Shown: positions 13,253 through 25,092, numbered from the stretch's first letter. The stretch: 64,000 nt of DNA from Camelus dromedarius (GCF_036321535.1 NC_087472.1:102488001-102552000); one strand, 5' to 3'. Notes: generated by a model from the sequence alone, not told the origin. Translations and numbers: made by a program.

Positions 13253-13457
13253 GGGATACGTCAGTGAAAGAACAGATAAAAATCTTTGTCCTGGTAGAGC
13301 CTACAGTCTGGTAAGGATTGGAGTTTTATGGCTGACAAAATGCTGGTACTATTGATTCAAGAGGAAATTTTCAGGTGAATCCTCTTGAATGTGAGAGATG
13401 AGATCAACACTGGAAACCAGGCCAAGAAGGCTGATAACAGACATGTACAAGTGTTAT

Positions 13458-14022
13458 TGTTACAAGTACAAGGTTTGGCTGCTCGAAGCTCGAAAGCCAA
13501 TATTCAAGAGACAAGTGTTAGTTGGAAAGGAACGGTTACTTTGTTCAGGAGACTAACAACCCAGGGAGATGGTGGACTCATGTCTAAAAACCAGCTCTGA
13601 AGATTCTGCTTGAACCTGAAAGTTTTTAAAGGGAGAACCATTTGCAGAGGGGGTCAGAGTCTTTATCATCTTCCCCTGTGTGCAGACTTTGTTCTGATTG
13701 GTTGGTGGTGAGGTAACAGAGATCTTGTGCTCAGCCTGAAGTTGCCATCCTCCACCTGAGTGGGGGCCTTCGTTCCTGCAGAACTCCTCAAAGGTATTGT
13801 TATATGTATTCCTTGAGGAGAAACCAGGACCTTGCTACACTCCTGTTTCTTGACTGCTTCTCCTTTGTTTCTGCATCCCCTCTCTTCCCTGTTAAGCAAC
13901 TGTTTGAATCTGCCCTTTGGAACTCAAGGAGGCTGAGTGAAGCCCATTTCCTGCAAATAAGAAACCAGGACTTGGGAAGGATTTGTACCAGGAAGGGCCC
14001 TGCAGGGCTGTGCTTCATTTCA
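13458..14022 (-). mobile_element. ERV1-class solo LTR (second family)
   Basis: tgttac...ttca ends; shares ttctgattggttggtggt and the 3' block with the LTR at 15887-16537. Confidence 0.7.
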
Positions 14023-14493
14023 CAAACACAGACACCCCCCCCACCCCCCACCCTTTCCCCTACACCACGCACCACACCCAATGCTCCAAGTGTTTTCACC
14101 CTCCTTGAGGGTTAACCCTCAAAGGATAATTTGTCCAAGTCAGTAAATCTTAGCCTGAGTGAGAAGGCATCTCTCTCATGTGCTTCCTGTGCATTGCCAC
14201 TGGTTTTTTGAGGCCTTCTTATCTTGCCAGGAGGCCCCCTGCTTAGTCCTGGCCTCCACTCTGTGGCACCCCTGTGAACCCCACAGACTCCTTTTGGTGC
14301 TGCGTCATCTCCCAAAGCACCTTTACATCACTCTGTGGTTCCTACACCTTCCTGCTCCCTTTCTGACTTTGGTTTAGTGTGGCAACCAAGGACCTCCATG
14401 ATCTGAAGCCATTGTGGCGTCCTTAGTCCTCATAGCTGGCATTGCACCCAAAATGTGTGTGTGTGTTCCCTGTACCACTTTGCACTTGGACAT

Positions 14494-15025
14494 TGTAGGG
14501 GAGCAGAATTGGCCACCCTAAAATATATCTCTTTGGCATATTAATTACTTTAAGCTGTTTATTTTCTAAGAAACAGCAGACATGGAGAAAACTCTAAACT
14601 AAACAACAGTTACCCTTTTGTAAGAAACATCTACATTGGTAAGGGAAATCTCCATTTGTAAGGGTGTCCTGTACCTGGAAGAGGAGAATAACCTAATCTC
14701 TAGAAATTTATCAATGGAGAAGGCAAAGACTTAGATCTGCATCACAATCTTGCCCTTGTTTCCTGCCCTTGCTTTTCCTGGGAACCTCCCATAACTGATT
14801 CTTCCCACCCTCAACATCCTCTTTTGTCTTTAGCTGAAGCTGGTGTTTAAGGTGAGGATTTTGGCCATTTTGGCAACTGACTCAGTTTTCCTGAGTCTCT
14901 CCCATTTATACATGATATTGAACTTTTGTTTGACTTTTTCCTGCTAACCTGTCTCATGCCAATTTAATTCTTACACCAGCCAGAAGAACCTAGAAGGCTG
15001 CAGAAAAATTTCTCCCTCGTTAACA
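14494..15025 (+). mobile_element. ERV1-class solo LTR (MER34-like), sense to CTPS2
   Basis: tgtaggggagcagaattggccaccc...taaca; 4-bp TSD acat. Confidence 0.85.
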
Positions 15026-15690
15026 ACATGATGCTTATTTGAGATGTTTTCTCTCTTCTTGGGTGCCCAGTGCTGCCCTTTTTCTGCAGGCTCTCCTTAA
15101 GGTTGTTCTTACAAATCCCAGTTGAAATACTACTTCTTAGATTAAGCCTTTCTCTGGCCCGATCCCAGAATCACTGACTTAGGATCTCAGAGGTCTGGAA
15201 ATTTGTATCTATTATGGTATCTTGTATAATGCCTTGCCTGATTGAGTAGGTGCTTTATATATATTGGAATTGAAAGGGATCGTATATATTTACTTTGTGA
15301 GGGACTGATTGAGATCCAAAACATAGGTGAAAATGGGAAGCTAGCAAGCTAGCATGACCTAGATATTAGAACTCAGCAAAGCACATACGACAAAAAATAA
15401 AACTGTAAACTATAGGCTAATTTTGGTTATTAATAAAGGTATAAAAATCTTAAATACATTAGACTGTCTAACAACACTGGAGAATAATTGATCATGACTG
15501 GATAGTGTGTTTATCTTGGAAATTAAATTGATTAACATACCATATTGATCAAAGGAGGGAACCCCAGATCACCATAGACACTCAATACACAGTGTACAGT
15601 ATTTTTGCCCGGGTGCTCACAACTTCGTACAGACTAGGAAGGGAGGGTTACTTCTTAAACAAGAGAAGGAGTATCTTTAAAGGGGAAGTA

Positions 15691-16821
15691 AAGATCTTCC
15701 TTGACTTACAATGGGGTTATGTCTTGAATATTGGAAGTACAAAATGCATTTAATACACATAACTGAACTTCATAGTTTAGCCTAGCCTACCTTAAACGTG
15801 CTCAGAACACTTACATTAGCCTACAGTTGGGAAGAATCATCTAATACAAAGCCTATTTCATAATAAAATGTTGATTATCTCATACTTGTTACTGAACCAA
15901 ACTTGGGTCCACTCGTCCGATACTCAGTAAAGCCAATCTGCTGACCCTGGGTTGTGGTGAAGAAAAGTAACAGCATTTATTGCAGGGTGCCAAGCAAGGA
16001 GAATGCTCAAAAGTCTTGAACTTCCCGCTGGCTTTTAGGTGAGGGTTGTTAAAGGCAGCATTAGGGGAGAGGGTCATAGGGTGCCTAATCAGCTGGTGGA
16101 CCTTCTTCTGATTGGTTGGTGGTCAGGTAAAAGGTGGTGTTTCTGGAATCTCAATCATCTCAGTCATCAGTCTTCTGGTTCTAACCAGTCTGAGATCTCC
16201 ATGCTTGTAGTCAGCATGGAGTCAGTGTCCTCCACTGGGTTGGGGGATCTTCAAAGATCTGTGTTGGATTGGTATCTAGATCCCTTCAGGAGGAACTCGG
16301 AGTCCTGTGACTCTATTGTTCATGCTAGTATTCCTTTTCTTGCTTGACTGCTTTCCTTTTTTCCTGCATTTTCCACTTCTCTAATTGTTAACAGTTTGAG
16401 TCTGCTCTTCAGAACTTGGGGAAGGCCTCGGGGATGAAAGCTTTTTCTACAAACAAGAAACAGAGGACATGGAGGGGCTGGTACCCAGGAGGTACCCTGG
16501 TACCCAGGAGGGCCCCTTAGTGTCCTGCTTGGTTTCATAATTGATTGAATACTGTACTGAAAGTGAAAAACAGAATGATTGTCTGGGTGCGGAGTGGTTG
16601 TAATGTATCCGTTGTTCACCCTTGTGATGGCGTGGCTGACTGGGAGCTGTGCTCGCTGCTGCTGGCCAGCCTCACGAGAAGATCGTTCTGCATATTGCAA
16701 ACCCAGGAAAAGATGAAAAATCAGAATTCGAAGTACAGTTTCTGCTGAATGTGCATTGCTCTCATACTGTCTTAAAGTTGAAAAATGGAAAGTCAAACTG
16801 TTGCAATTTAGGTACCATCTA
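15691..16821. mobile_element. MER47/Tigger5-like DNA element split by an LTR
   Basis: cttgacttacaatggggtta...cttaaacgtgctcagaacacttacattagcctacagttggg; resumes at 16538 (ttgaatactgtactgaaagtgaaaaacagaatg). Confidence 0.7.
15887..16537 (-). mobile_element. ERV1-class solo LTR nested in the MER47-like element
   Basis: tgttactgaacc...ggtttca; TSD tact/taat; tttatt poly(A) signal on the minus strand. Confidence 0.75.
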
Positions 16822-17637
16822 TAGTAGGGGATTCCTTTGACAACCAGAGATGAATAAAGGATGTACACTATTGTGACTAATAAAGTAGTTAAAATGAGAC
16901 TGACAGATGCTGTCTGCAGAGTGAAGCTGGCCTTCTCTTGCCTGTTGGTAGAAATAGGAATCAATACAACCTTTGAGAAAATCAACTAGGTGGTCTGTTT
17001 CACAAAGCATAAAAATATTCCTACCCTCTGACTGAGACATTTACTTCTCAGAAATTCTCCTAAGGAGATCTGCTATGTTGACAGAAAAGTGAACAGGTAT
17101 TCATTATGACATTAGTTAGAAGAATCGGAAATGACAGTGATCTAAATGCCTCATAAGGGGGAAATAGTTAAGACCATTAAGGGGTATCCCTTCAGTGGGA
17201 TATAATTAGTCATTAGAAATGTTTAAGGCTTTTGATGCTATGCAAATACTCTTGTGCTGAATTAGAATGTTACATATTGTGTTTAAACATTCCCTCATGA
17301 TGTATAAAAATTTCCTTTGTTTCTTGGTGGAAGGGTTAGAACTCATTTTTCTTTTTTTTCTGGTTAAATTTTGGAACATTTGAAATAGCTTCCAATGAAT
17401 TTCCCCAAATTTAGATAGTTGTATGTTCTGACTGTTCCAAATAAGAGGATGCAAAGAGGCTTTTATGAAAAGCAACAGTATAGTATTTTGCAAATGTTTT
17501 GTTTTCATTTAAAATTTTCTTTTATTCTTTTTGATGGGACCCACATCCACAGGGTTGAAAAATCAAAAATGTATAATGAAATATAAAGTGAAGAGTGGCT
17601 CTTCCACCTCTGTCCCCCTTCTGCCCAGTCTTCTGCA

Positions 17638-18139
17638 TGAAACCGAGTAAGGGCTCATGTGCCCATGATGCAGAAAGCCAAACTCTGACAGGGTATTTGC
17701 AGCAGAGTAAGGGTTTATTGCAGGGCCTCAAGCAAGGGAGCAGGGGAGACAAGCCTCAGATGCCCTCCAGCTTGGTCTTTGAGTTAGGGGTTTTTAAATA
17801 GGAAGAGCAAAGAAGCTAGGGTTAATCATTGTCTTGTGACATTTCTTAATCACAGTCGTTTGGGGAGTCAGGATGCCTACAGTTTGTGAGTCTCTGGTCG
17901 GGTGGTCCATGACCTGGGGAGGTGGGGGGAGGGGGTTTGTTAGCTCATCTTGCCCTGGAGAAACAACCTAAGTGTGTGAGTATTGACAACAGCAGTTTTG
18001 GTCATATGACTCTGGTTGATTAGTGTTCAGTTAGCACAGGATTGAGGTCAGAGGGGATAAGAGAGGGAAAAAAGGTTTTAATAAAGGGGTTAATCATAAA
18101 CTTGGCAGGAGAATTCAGTTTTACAGGGATTCGATTTCA
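17638..18139 (-). mobile_element. Solo LTR
   Basis: tgaaaccgagt...tcgatttca inverted termini; gtttattgcaggg block shared with the 15887 LTR. Confidence 0.7.
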
Positions 18140-18399
18140 TCCTAACCTGTAACCCTTGATACTAGTTTCTTGTGTGTCCTTGCAGAGATTTTTTTTTTAA
18201 GCTCATGTTCAAGCAGATTTGACCATATGAACGCCCCGTACCTTACCCTCAAGTCACTATCTACTACTTACTCATTTTGTGCCTGGCCCACTTTGGGCCA
18301 CCCTGGCAGCCTTGTTAGAGATCCTCACATCACCGGGATTCACCTCTCTCAGATTCAACTCCTCAGCCTGTAGACAGCCTGCCTGCCCACTCAGTGGGC

Positions 18400-18903
18400 T
18401 GGTGAGGAGGAAGAAATTTTCCTCTACCTCTCTAAGTTCTTCTGGCTGGTCTAAGAATTAAGTTCACATGAGACAGATTAATGGGAGAAAATCAAATGAA
18501 AGTTTAATAACATGAATACACAGGAGAGAAAGCTTTCACCTGGAATACCATCTCCAGCTAAAGACAAAAGAGGATATTGAGGGAAGGGGGTGGGTTATGG
18601 GAGGTGACCAGAAAAAGCACAGTAAACAAGAGTTAAGGTTAAGGTTGTGATGCAGATTTAAGCCTTTGCCCTCTCCAATGATAAGCTTCTAGGGGTTTGG
18701 TCATCCTTCTCTTCCTGGTATAGCCAAGGAGACACCCTTACCAGTGGAGATTTCCCTTATACATGTGTTTCTTATAAAAGGATAACTTCTACCTGGTTTT
18801 CAGAGTTTCTCCTGTGTCTGCTGTTTCTTAGAAAACAACCAACTTAAAGTAATTAGTATGCTGAAGAGACATATTTTAGGGTGGCAAATTCTGCTCCCCT
18901 ACA
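18400..18903 (-). mobile_element. ERV1-class solo LTR (MER34-like)
   Basis: Colinear with 12734-13252; ends gtggcaaattctgctcccctaca; left boundary approximate. Confidence 0.8.
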
Positions 18904-19290
18904 GAGTGCATGAGGTGGGTGAGTGGGTGGGAGCCCATCTCCGAGTGCCTTTAAGCACAGAGTTGAAGCTCCTGGGAAAATTATAGCAGCCAATTTGACT
19001 GACACCCAGCACACACTTCTAATGTGTTAGGTTAGAAAAACTGACTCAAAGGCTTTTCAGGTAGTGATTCTCAGCCTGAGGGTAAGGTCATAGCAGAATC
19101 TTTAGGAGGACTTGTGTAGTTTGAAAACCATTCAATATTGTCATTCTCTGCATTTTGAAAGTGGGAATATTCCCCTGTCTTTCTGATGTCAACTACAGAA
19201 AGTAAAGTGTGGCAATTTGGGCTCTAGAGCATGACTTAAAAAGAAAAAGATTGACAACCATTGTTCAAAGGTGTGCGATATTGCTGCCAG

Positions 19291-19890
19291 TGTTACCCCA
19301 AAACTGGATTACACCCCTCCCATACTTACCCCTCCCTTGCCTCTTGGTGGGTGTTGAGCCAAAAGACACAACCAAGTCAAAGAGCAAGAGAGGGAAGGAT
19401 TTATTACTTACAGCAAGTAAAGAGAACACTGGCATCTTTCCCAGAGCAGTGTCTCTTGGAACAGCCAAATTGGGGGTTTTACGCTAAGAGATCATGCGTA
19501 TTTATGAAGGGGCTTGGGCGGTTCACAGAGTCTAAGCTTTAGTTGATTGAAGTCTGGACGGTCAAAAAAAAGGTCAACATCATCATCCCTTTGGTCCCAG
19601 TTGATCTGGTGGTTGAGCTCTTCAGGCTAATCTTTACCACTGAAGGAGAACTGGGTGTCTTTACAAGTGATATATTATCTTTGCTATTGTTACTTCTCTT
19701 GCCTGATAACAGTCCTTTGTATCTGCGTTCTTTTGTCCCCATAAGAACATTAATTACTGAGACCTGGTCCAGGGCAAGCACTGTGGACACTCTTTTATCA
19801 TAAAAAGATTTAGGCCAAAAATGACTTCTCTTCTGTCAAGACAACTGTGCCTGGTTCTCTTTCTCTGGGGACCCCCTACCAAGGTTTATA
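19291..19890 (-). mobile_element. Solo LTR
   Basis: tgttacc start; flanks ccag/ccaa; tttatt on the + strand near the left end. Confidence 0.65.
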
Positions 19891-20866
19891 CCAAGGTGGG
19901 TAAAATTGCTTTTAAGTGGGTGGTGGTGGGTCAAAAAAAATCTTACTCCATGTCTAAAGTATAGATTTGCATATAGTACATAAACAGATACACACACATG
20001 TATATGTGGAATTACAATTTCACTGGAGGGGTAACTAGGACACAACTGTTTAACAAGGCTCATTAGGAGGGCGATAATGGACAGAAAGGTTGAGAGATGC
20101 TGTTCACAGGGAATGTGCCACAGTATTGATGGTTTTTGGGTGTTTCTGAGGAGAGGAGAGTGGTGGTCAGGATGAAGACCTGGCTTCCAGGCTACTACTG
20201 TGCGGGGCTGTCTCAGCCAGCTTGGTCTAACTTGAACTTTACCATTTTAACTCTCTGGTAAGGGCTAGAAGAAAGTTACACCCCTCCCATACTTACCCCT
20301 CCCTTTCCCTGGGTGGACTCAACTTGAGGGTCAGCTGTTTCTCAGATACCCAGAGTCCCAGCAGGATGGGTTGGCAGAGCTGGGAGTGCCCTGTGTCTTC
20401 CTGTCCCTTTTATTTTCCACATCACATGCCTGAACCAAGGCCACTCTCAATGATGCATCAGAAGTGACTCTTGGTCCTGTATTCCTTCTGCTTCCCGAAA
20501 GGGTCATTTATTCACAAAGCACAACTGGTGCGGGGAGATGACTTGAAAGACAAATATCTGTATTTTGAAGTCTTTCTCACTAGCCATTGACTAAAGTGAA
20601 ATACTAGTGGAAATGATGTGAGGGAGAGCAAGGAGGGGGTTATCCTCGTAGAAGAGTGGAGGGAGGGAGTTGGTTTGGGACATCAGAATTCTTTCCAAGT
20701 CTTTGACGCCATCTTTGTGGTCTTGGTCAAGATGATGGAACTATTCTGGGCCTTTTTTTTTCTTTATAAATCTATAAATAAGATGCATCAGATTAAGATT
20801 ACTTATAAATCTAGTAAGCTTTGAAGGGGTCAGTACTTGACAAGGTGAGACATGTCTAAGAGTTTC

Positions 20867-20872
20867 TTTATT
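20867..20872 (-). terminator. S100G polyadenylation signal AATAAA
   Basis: tttatt on the + strand, about 140 nt after the stop codon. Confidence 0.75.
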
Positions 20873-21012
20873 AACAATAAATTGCCTTCACTATTAGATC
20901 ATTACAATTACAAAGAAGTGAGCAGAGACATTGGTGATTTCATATAGAATCGGACCACATCCCAGGTGCTCTTTTTCTGGTTCTTAGAATGATACTGTTC
21001 TGTTTTTTTCCT

Positions 21013-21117
21013 TCACTGGGATATCTTTTTTACTAACACCTGGAATTCTTCGAAACTAACTTCTCCATCTCCATTCTTGTCCAGTTCTTGAAAGAGGTCA
21101 TCTAGGGTGCTTGGACC
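21013..21117 (-). CDS. S100G: S100G last coding exon, [34 protein letters not shown] (canonical EF-hand)
   Basis: On the minus strand: aaaccag|GGT...[18 protein letters not shown] 12-residue Ca-binding loop; 79-aa protein in total. Confidence 0.97.
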   Translation of the reverse strand, partial: GPSTLDDLFQELDKNGDGEVSFEEFQVLVKKISQ

Positions 21118-21769
21118 CTGGTTTTAGACAAAAAGGATGGGATAGAAGGGAAGAGAGAAAATGGATCATTACTGCTGCATATTCTCTGAAAGAAGAGAAT
21201 CTGGATCTTCATTACAAAACCTGGGTCACATGTTGCTGATAGAGGTGAAAAAACCAACTTTATAGTATTGATTCATGTCATAGAACTGGCTATCCTTTTT
21301 TTTCTTTTAACTATATCACATTTATTATTTTAAAATTGATATTGTATATTTTAAAATAATTGGTTTCCTGTATAATCTAAATCTAAATCATTCTTTTGGG
21401 AAGAAGTCCCAGGGCTTCACTTGACTGCCAAGGGGCCCTGCCTCAAGGTTTCCCTGGGAGCTAGTTTGCATCCAGCTCCGGGACTGGGCCAGCATATGAT
21501 GCTAGTCTTGCCTCTGGCTGTCACCATGCCATGACTTTTCCTTAGCCTGTGCAATTCTCCCAACCGCCCTGTGGGGGAGAGCCACTTTACAGATGAAGAA
21601 ACTGAGGCTTTGAGACAGTCACTGACTTGCCCTAGGGCCCCCACCTGGTAAGTAAAGAGCTTGGGGTCCGATCACTGACTCTAGAGCTCAAGCCCTTCAC
21701 TAGCAACCATCCCATTTTTCCCAAACCCTGGGTTGCAGCCCACTTCTGTGCTATGCAAGATGACTTTAG

Positions 21770-21970
21770 TTCAATGGTCCCTACAGTTTGGCATGTGTCA
21801 GAATCACCAGATGGGCTTGCTGACCTTAGGTTACACAGATTGATGGGTCGCACTCCCAGAGTTTCTGATTCCCTGGGCCTAGGGTTGGACCTGAGAATCT
21901 GTATTTCCAACAGGTTCCCAGGAAGTATTGGTGCTGCTGGTCCAGGACTGAGCACTCAGAACCACTGCTG
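21770..21970. mobile_element. MER5A (hAT-Charlie) in S100G intron 2
   Basis: tcagaatcacc...cccagagtttctgattc...gagaatctgtatttccaacaggttcccagg...gaaccactg. Confidence 0.75.
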
Positions 21971-22057
21971 GTTACATATGATCATGTTCAGCTTGAGTCC
22001 CTTTTGACTACTGATATTCCTGTAGTGACTTAAGCAGAGTTAATTTTTCTTCTCTGC

Positions 22058-22517
22058 TGTAGGGGTGGAAAAATTTCCCTTCTCCCCTTCTAGGTTCTTT
22101 GGCTGGTCTAATAATTAAATTGACATAAGACAGATTATAAGGAGAAATGTAAGTTTAATTATATATGTAAATGGGGGTGGGGGGCATAAAAATATGAGAC
22201 CCAAAGGGCAGCTAGGTCACTGAGGCTTATATAACATCCTGAGCCAGGGATACAAAGGGAAGGAAGACCATTCCCAGGAAGGCAGAGATGTTTGGTAAAC
22301 AAGTTTGCCCTGTTGTACAGATAAATTTCTTAGGAAAAAAGGACTCTAGTAAGAGCTCTCTTCCTGGTACAGGCTTCCCTCTGCAGTGTAAATTTAGGCG
22401 GTTGAGGGGGAGGTAAAGAGCTTTCCCCGAATCTGTTGGGTTTTGATTGCTTTCAGCTCGAAATGATCTTCATGCTAAAGTGGTGTATTTTGGGGTGACT
22501 CACTCCCAGCCGCTTCA
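22058..22517 (-). mobile_element. ERV1-class solo LTR in S100G intron 2, sense to S100G
   Basis: TG...CA ends, 4-bp TSD ctgc; shares ggctggtctaataattaaattgacat with the MER34-like copies. Confidence 0.8.
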
Positions 22518-24367
22518 CTGCCATAAAGCTCAAATCTTAAAGCCATTACAACTCTGACTTTCAGGTAAGGAGCCTCTGTGGCAAAATAGTACCTAGGAAA
22601 CTTACTGAAATAACAGCTTAGTTTGTAAGTCAGCTTCAAAAATTTTTTTTAAATTATGGGAAGAAACACATAAGAGAACATTCCCCATCTTAACTATTTT
22701 TAAGTATACAGTTCAGTAATGTGAAGTCCGTTCACACTGTGATGCAACACACCTCTACATCAAGATATGTTTTAACCCCTACGATTCCTACAAAGACACT
22801 TGGCTCTTGGCTGTGATCCCAAGACCAAACTGGAAGTTAGTTTTTCAGCACCTGTTTTATAAATACCAACCACTGTTTCCCTGAAGCATTTACTAGATTC
22901 TAAACCATACAAGGCGATGATGTAAACAGAGTATAGCTTTGAAAACCTTAGTAATCTTTATGGAAATATAATCAGTACATGACTTGGTAAGTAGGTTTTT
23001 CAAAATTTACCTTTCATCTTCCTACCTTTATCCAAATTATAAAAGTTGTATGTGCTTTTTATAGGAAATACATAAAATATAGCAAAATACAGAAAAATTC
23101 AAAAAGGGTAAATTCTTACCCTTTAAAACAACTTGTTTTGAGTGGATTTCCTAGGCTTTCCTGTCAGATTGTTATTTTTCTTCCTTTTATTTTTATTTTC
23201 TATTATGCCTATTACTTATGTTTTTCTTCCTTTTGGAAAAATTTAAGTTTGGTTTTGTTTGTTTGTTTTTTTTTTAGAATTGAATCTTTCTCAGAAACAT
23301 GTTTCTGTTTCTAAGTAGTCTCCTTTTCTGCTAGTGCCTTTAACTGTTTTTTGAATTTGTTTCATATTTTAACTATAAGAAAATGAGAAATTATTGATTA
23401 TAAAGTCATTGAATTCAGCTACTTTGCTGTTTAGTATGAAAAACAGAAACCTTAACGACTCAAACCAGAAACCTCACGTGTCATTTTGGCAGAAGGGACA
23501 TTTCTGGTTAAAATCTGGGAACCAGATTCTGAAGTTAGAGCTAAATTGTGACCTAATCAGATGTAACATTTGGTAGCACAGTTGCTTCCATTTTGAAGAC
23601 AATCTTTAGTTCCTAGGAAAAGAAAGTATATTGGAGCAAAGAGAATCCACCTTTCCAGGTTCCATATTGCCTCTAGATGCATTTTGATTTTGACAACTCT
23701 GGGATGGTTTTGATGAGGAACTTTCTGGCTAAGGAAATGTGATCCTTTACTGAAAGTCATGGTTGCTCATTAACACAAAGGTAGGTGCTTAACACAAATT
23801 AACACAAATTTAAATGCTTTTAAAATATAAATGGGTGCTGCCAGAGGGCAATTTATCAGCATGAAGCTGATTTCCTTAACAGACTGCCAAGTAAGTGTGG
23901 GTCCAGTTGAGAGAGCCTCCCTAGAACAGTGAAGCACATGCAGGTCCACCTCGTATTATTTTACAGGCCTCCTTGTTTGTTTTCCTAAAGCTTGGCACGG
24001 AGGTGCTGAATCCAGGCTGAAGGCCTTAGCGTGTTTGCTTGGCGACCTGCAGGTCTTCCAGGCCTAGGTTGGTAAATGTACGATCACTGCTGTCACTGTG
24101 GCTGGTAATGGAAAGGTCTGTGTCCAGGCTGTGGGCTATAGGAGGCTTAGCCTGTGCTTTCTAGGAGCCTGCCACCAGGGGAGAAAAGCACACATTCTAG
24201 CTCCCTCCCTCAAGTGATCCCCACACCTTGGCTGCTGGGCACCCTGCCCCAGATGGAGCTCAGATCAGTGTAGCAGACCTCAGCCTCTCCCCACATCCTT
24301 TCCTCTTCCCTCCTCTCCTTTCCCACCAACGCCACCCGGTCAGCGGACTCTTTGGTTATGCACTCAC

Positions 24368-24502
24368 TTTCAGTAAACTGGGGAATTCATTCTGAATCAA
24401 TAGCTTCAGCTCCTCCTTTGACAGCTGGTTTGGATCACCTTCTTTGGCTGCGTATTTTTCAAAAATGCCTTTCAGTTCTTCAGGAGACTTTTTGATACTC
24501 AT
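24368..24502 (-). CDS. S100G: S100G (calbindin-D9k) first coding segment, [45 protein letters not shown] (pseudo EF-hand); exon 2 spans 24368-24511
   Basis: On the minus strand: tttacag|gacatcaaaATG...CTGAAA|gtgagt; S100-type loop [14 protein letters not shown]; near-identical to recalled mammalian calbindin-D9k. Confidence 0.97.
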
Positions 24503-25021
24503 TTTGATGTCCTGTAAATAGGAAAAGAAATGAACTTACTGAAAAGCGGAAATGGAGTTACATACTGATGACTGCCAGCAGGAGTTGAGTGCTTTTGGGC
24601 TGTTTCCTTGGCATAGGTGAGAGAGAATAAAGGAAAGGGGTTGGGGAGAGGGGAGGAATAAAGAGGAGGAGGAGGAGAGAGGGGGTAGCAAATGTGGGAA
24701 TCACAATGCACCAGTGACTGTTTTAAAAATAATCATCTTAGATAGTATGTTAAATGTCTGTTCTTAGAGTACTTCTGTTATAAAAATAGTCTCTGGAGCC
24801 AAACACTTTTACTAGTAATGATGACATTCTTCGCTTTTTATGTACCTGCTCTGTTCTCTGTAGACTGTGATCTTGAAGAAACCTGACCACAGATTCTAGC
24901 CTCTTAAGTTACTGGTAATATCTTTGGACAGCACAAACCCATTTCTCTCTAGACCATGATCTTTCACAGCATTCTGAAAGGAAGCAGAAGGAGCTCCAGA
25001 TAGTCCTCAAATCACACTTAC

Positions 25022-25070
25022 CTGCTCGTCCAGCAGTGAGGTAGCTGGAAGAATCAAACAGGAGGGTGAG
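25022..25070 (-). other. S100G: S100G non-coding exon 1 (5' end approximate)
   Basis: Consensus donor CAG|GTAAGT (GT at 25021-25020) about 75 bp downstream of TATAAAA; S100 genes typically have a short non-coding first exon. Confidence 0.8.
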
Positions 25071-25092
25071 GAGCTGAGCTGGATCCTGTGAC

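Noticed and set aside
16320..16985. Longest ORF in the track (221 aa, minus strand)
   Set aside because: It runs across an LTR and a MER47-like element, with no recognisable domain; a chance ORF
19322..19330. ATACTTACC matching the U1 snRNA 5' end (also at about 20289)
   Set aside because: Only 9 nt, with no further U1 similarity; it is simply the complement of a donor consensus
23103..23124. 9-bp inverted repeat aaagggtaa/ttacccttt
   Set aside because: Short and AT-rich; plausible by chance in 64 kb
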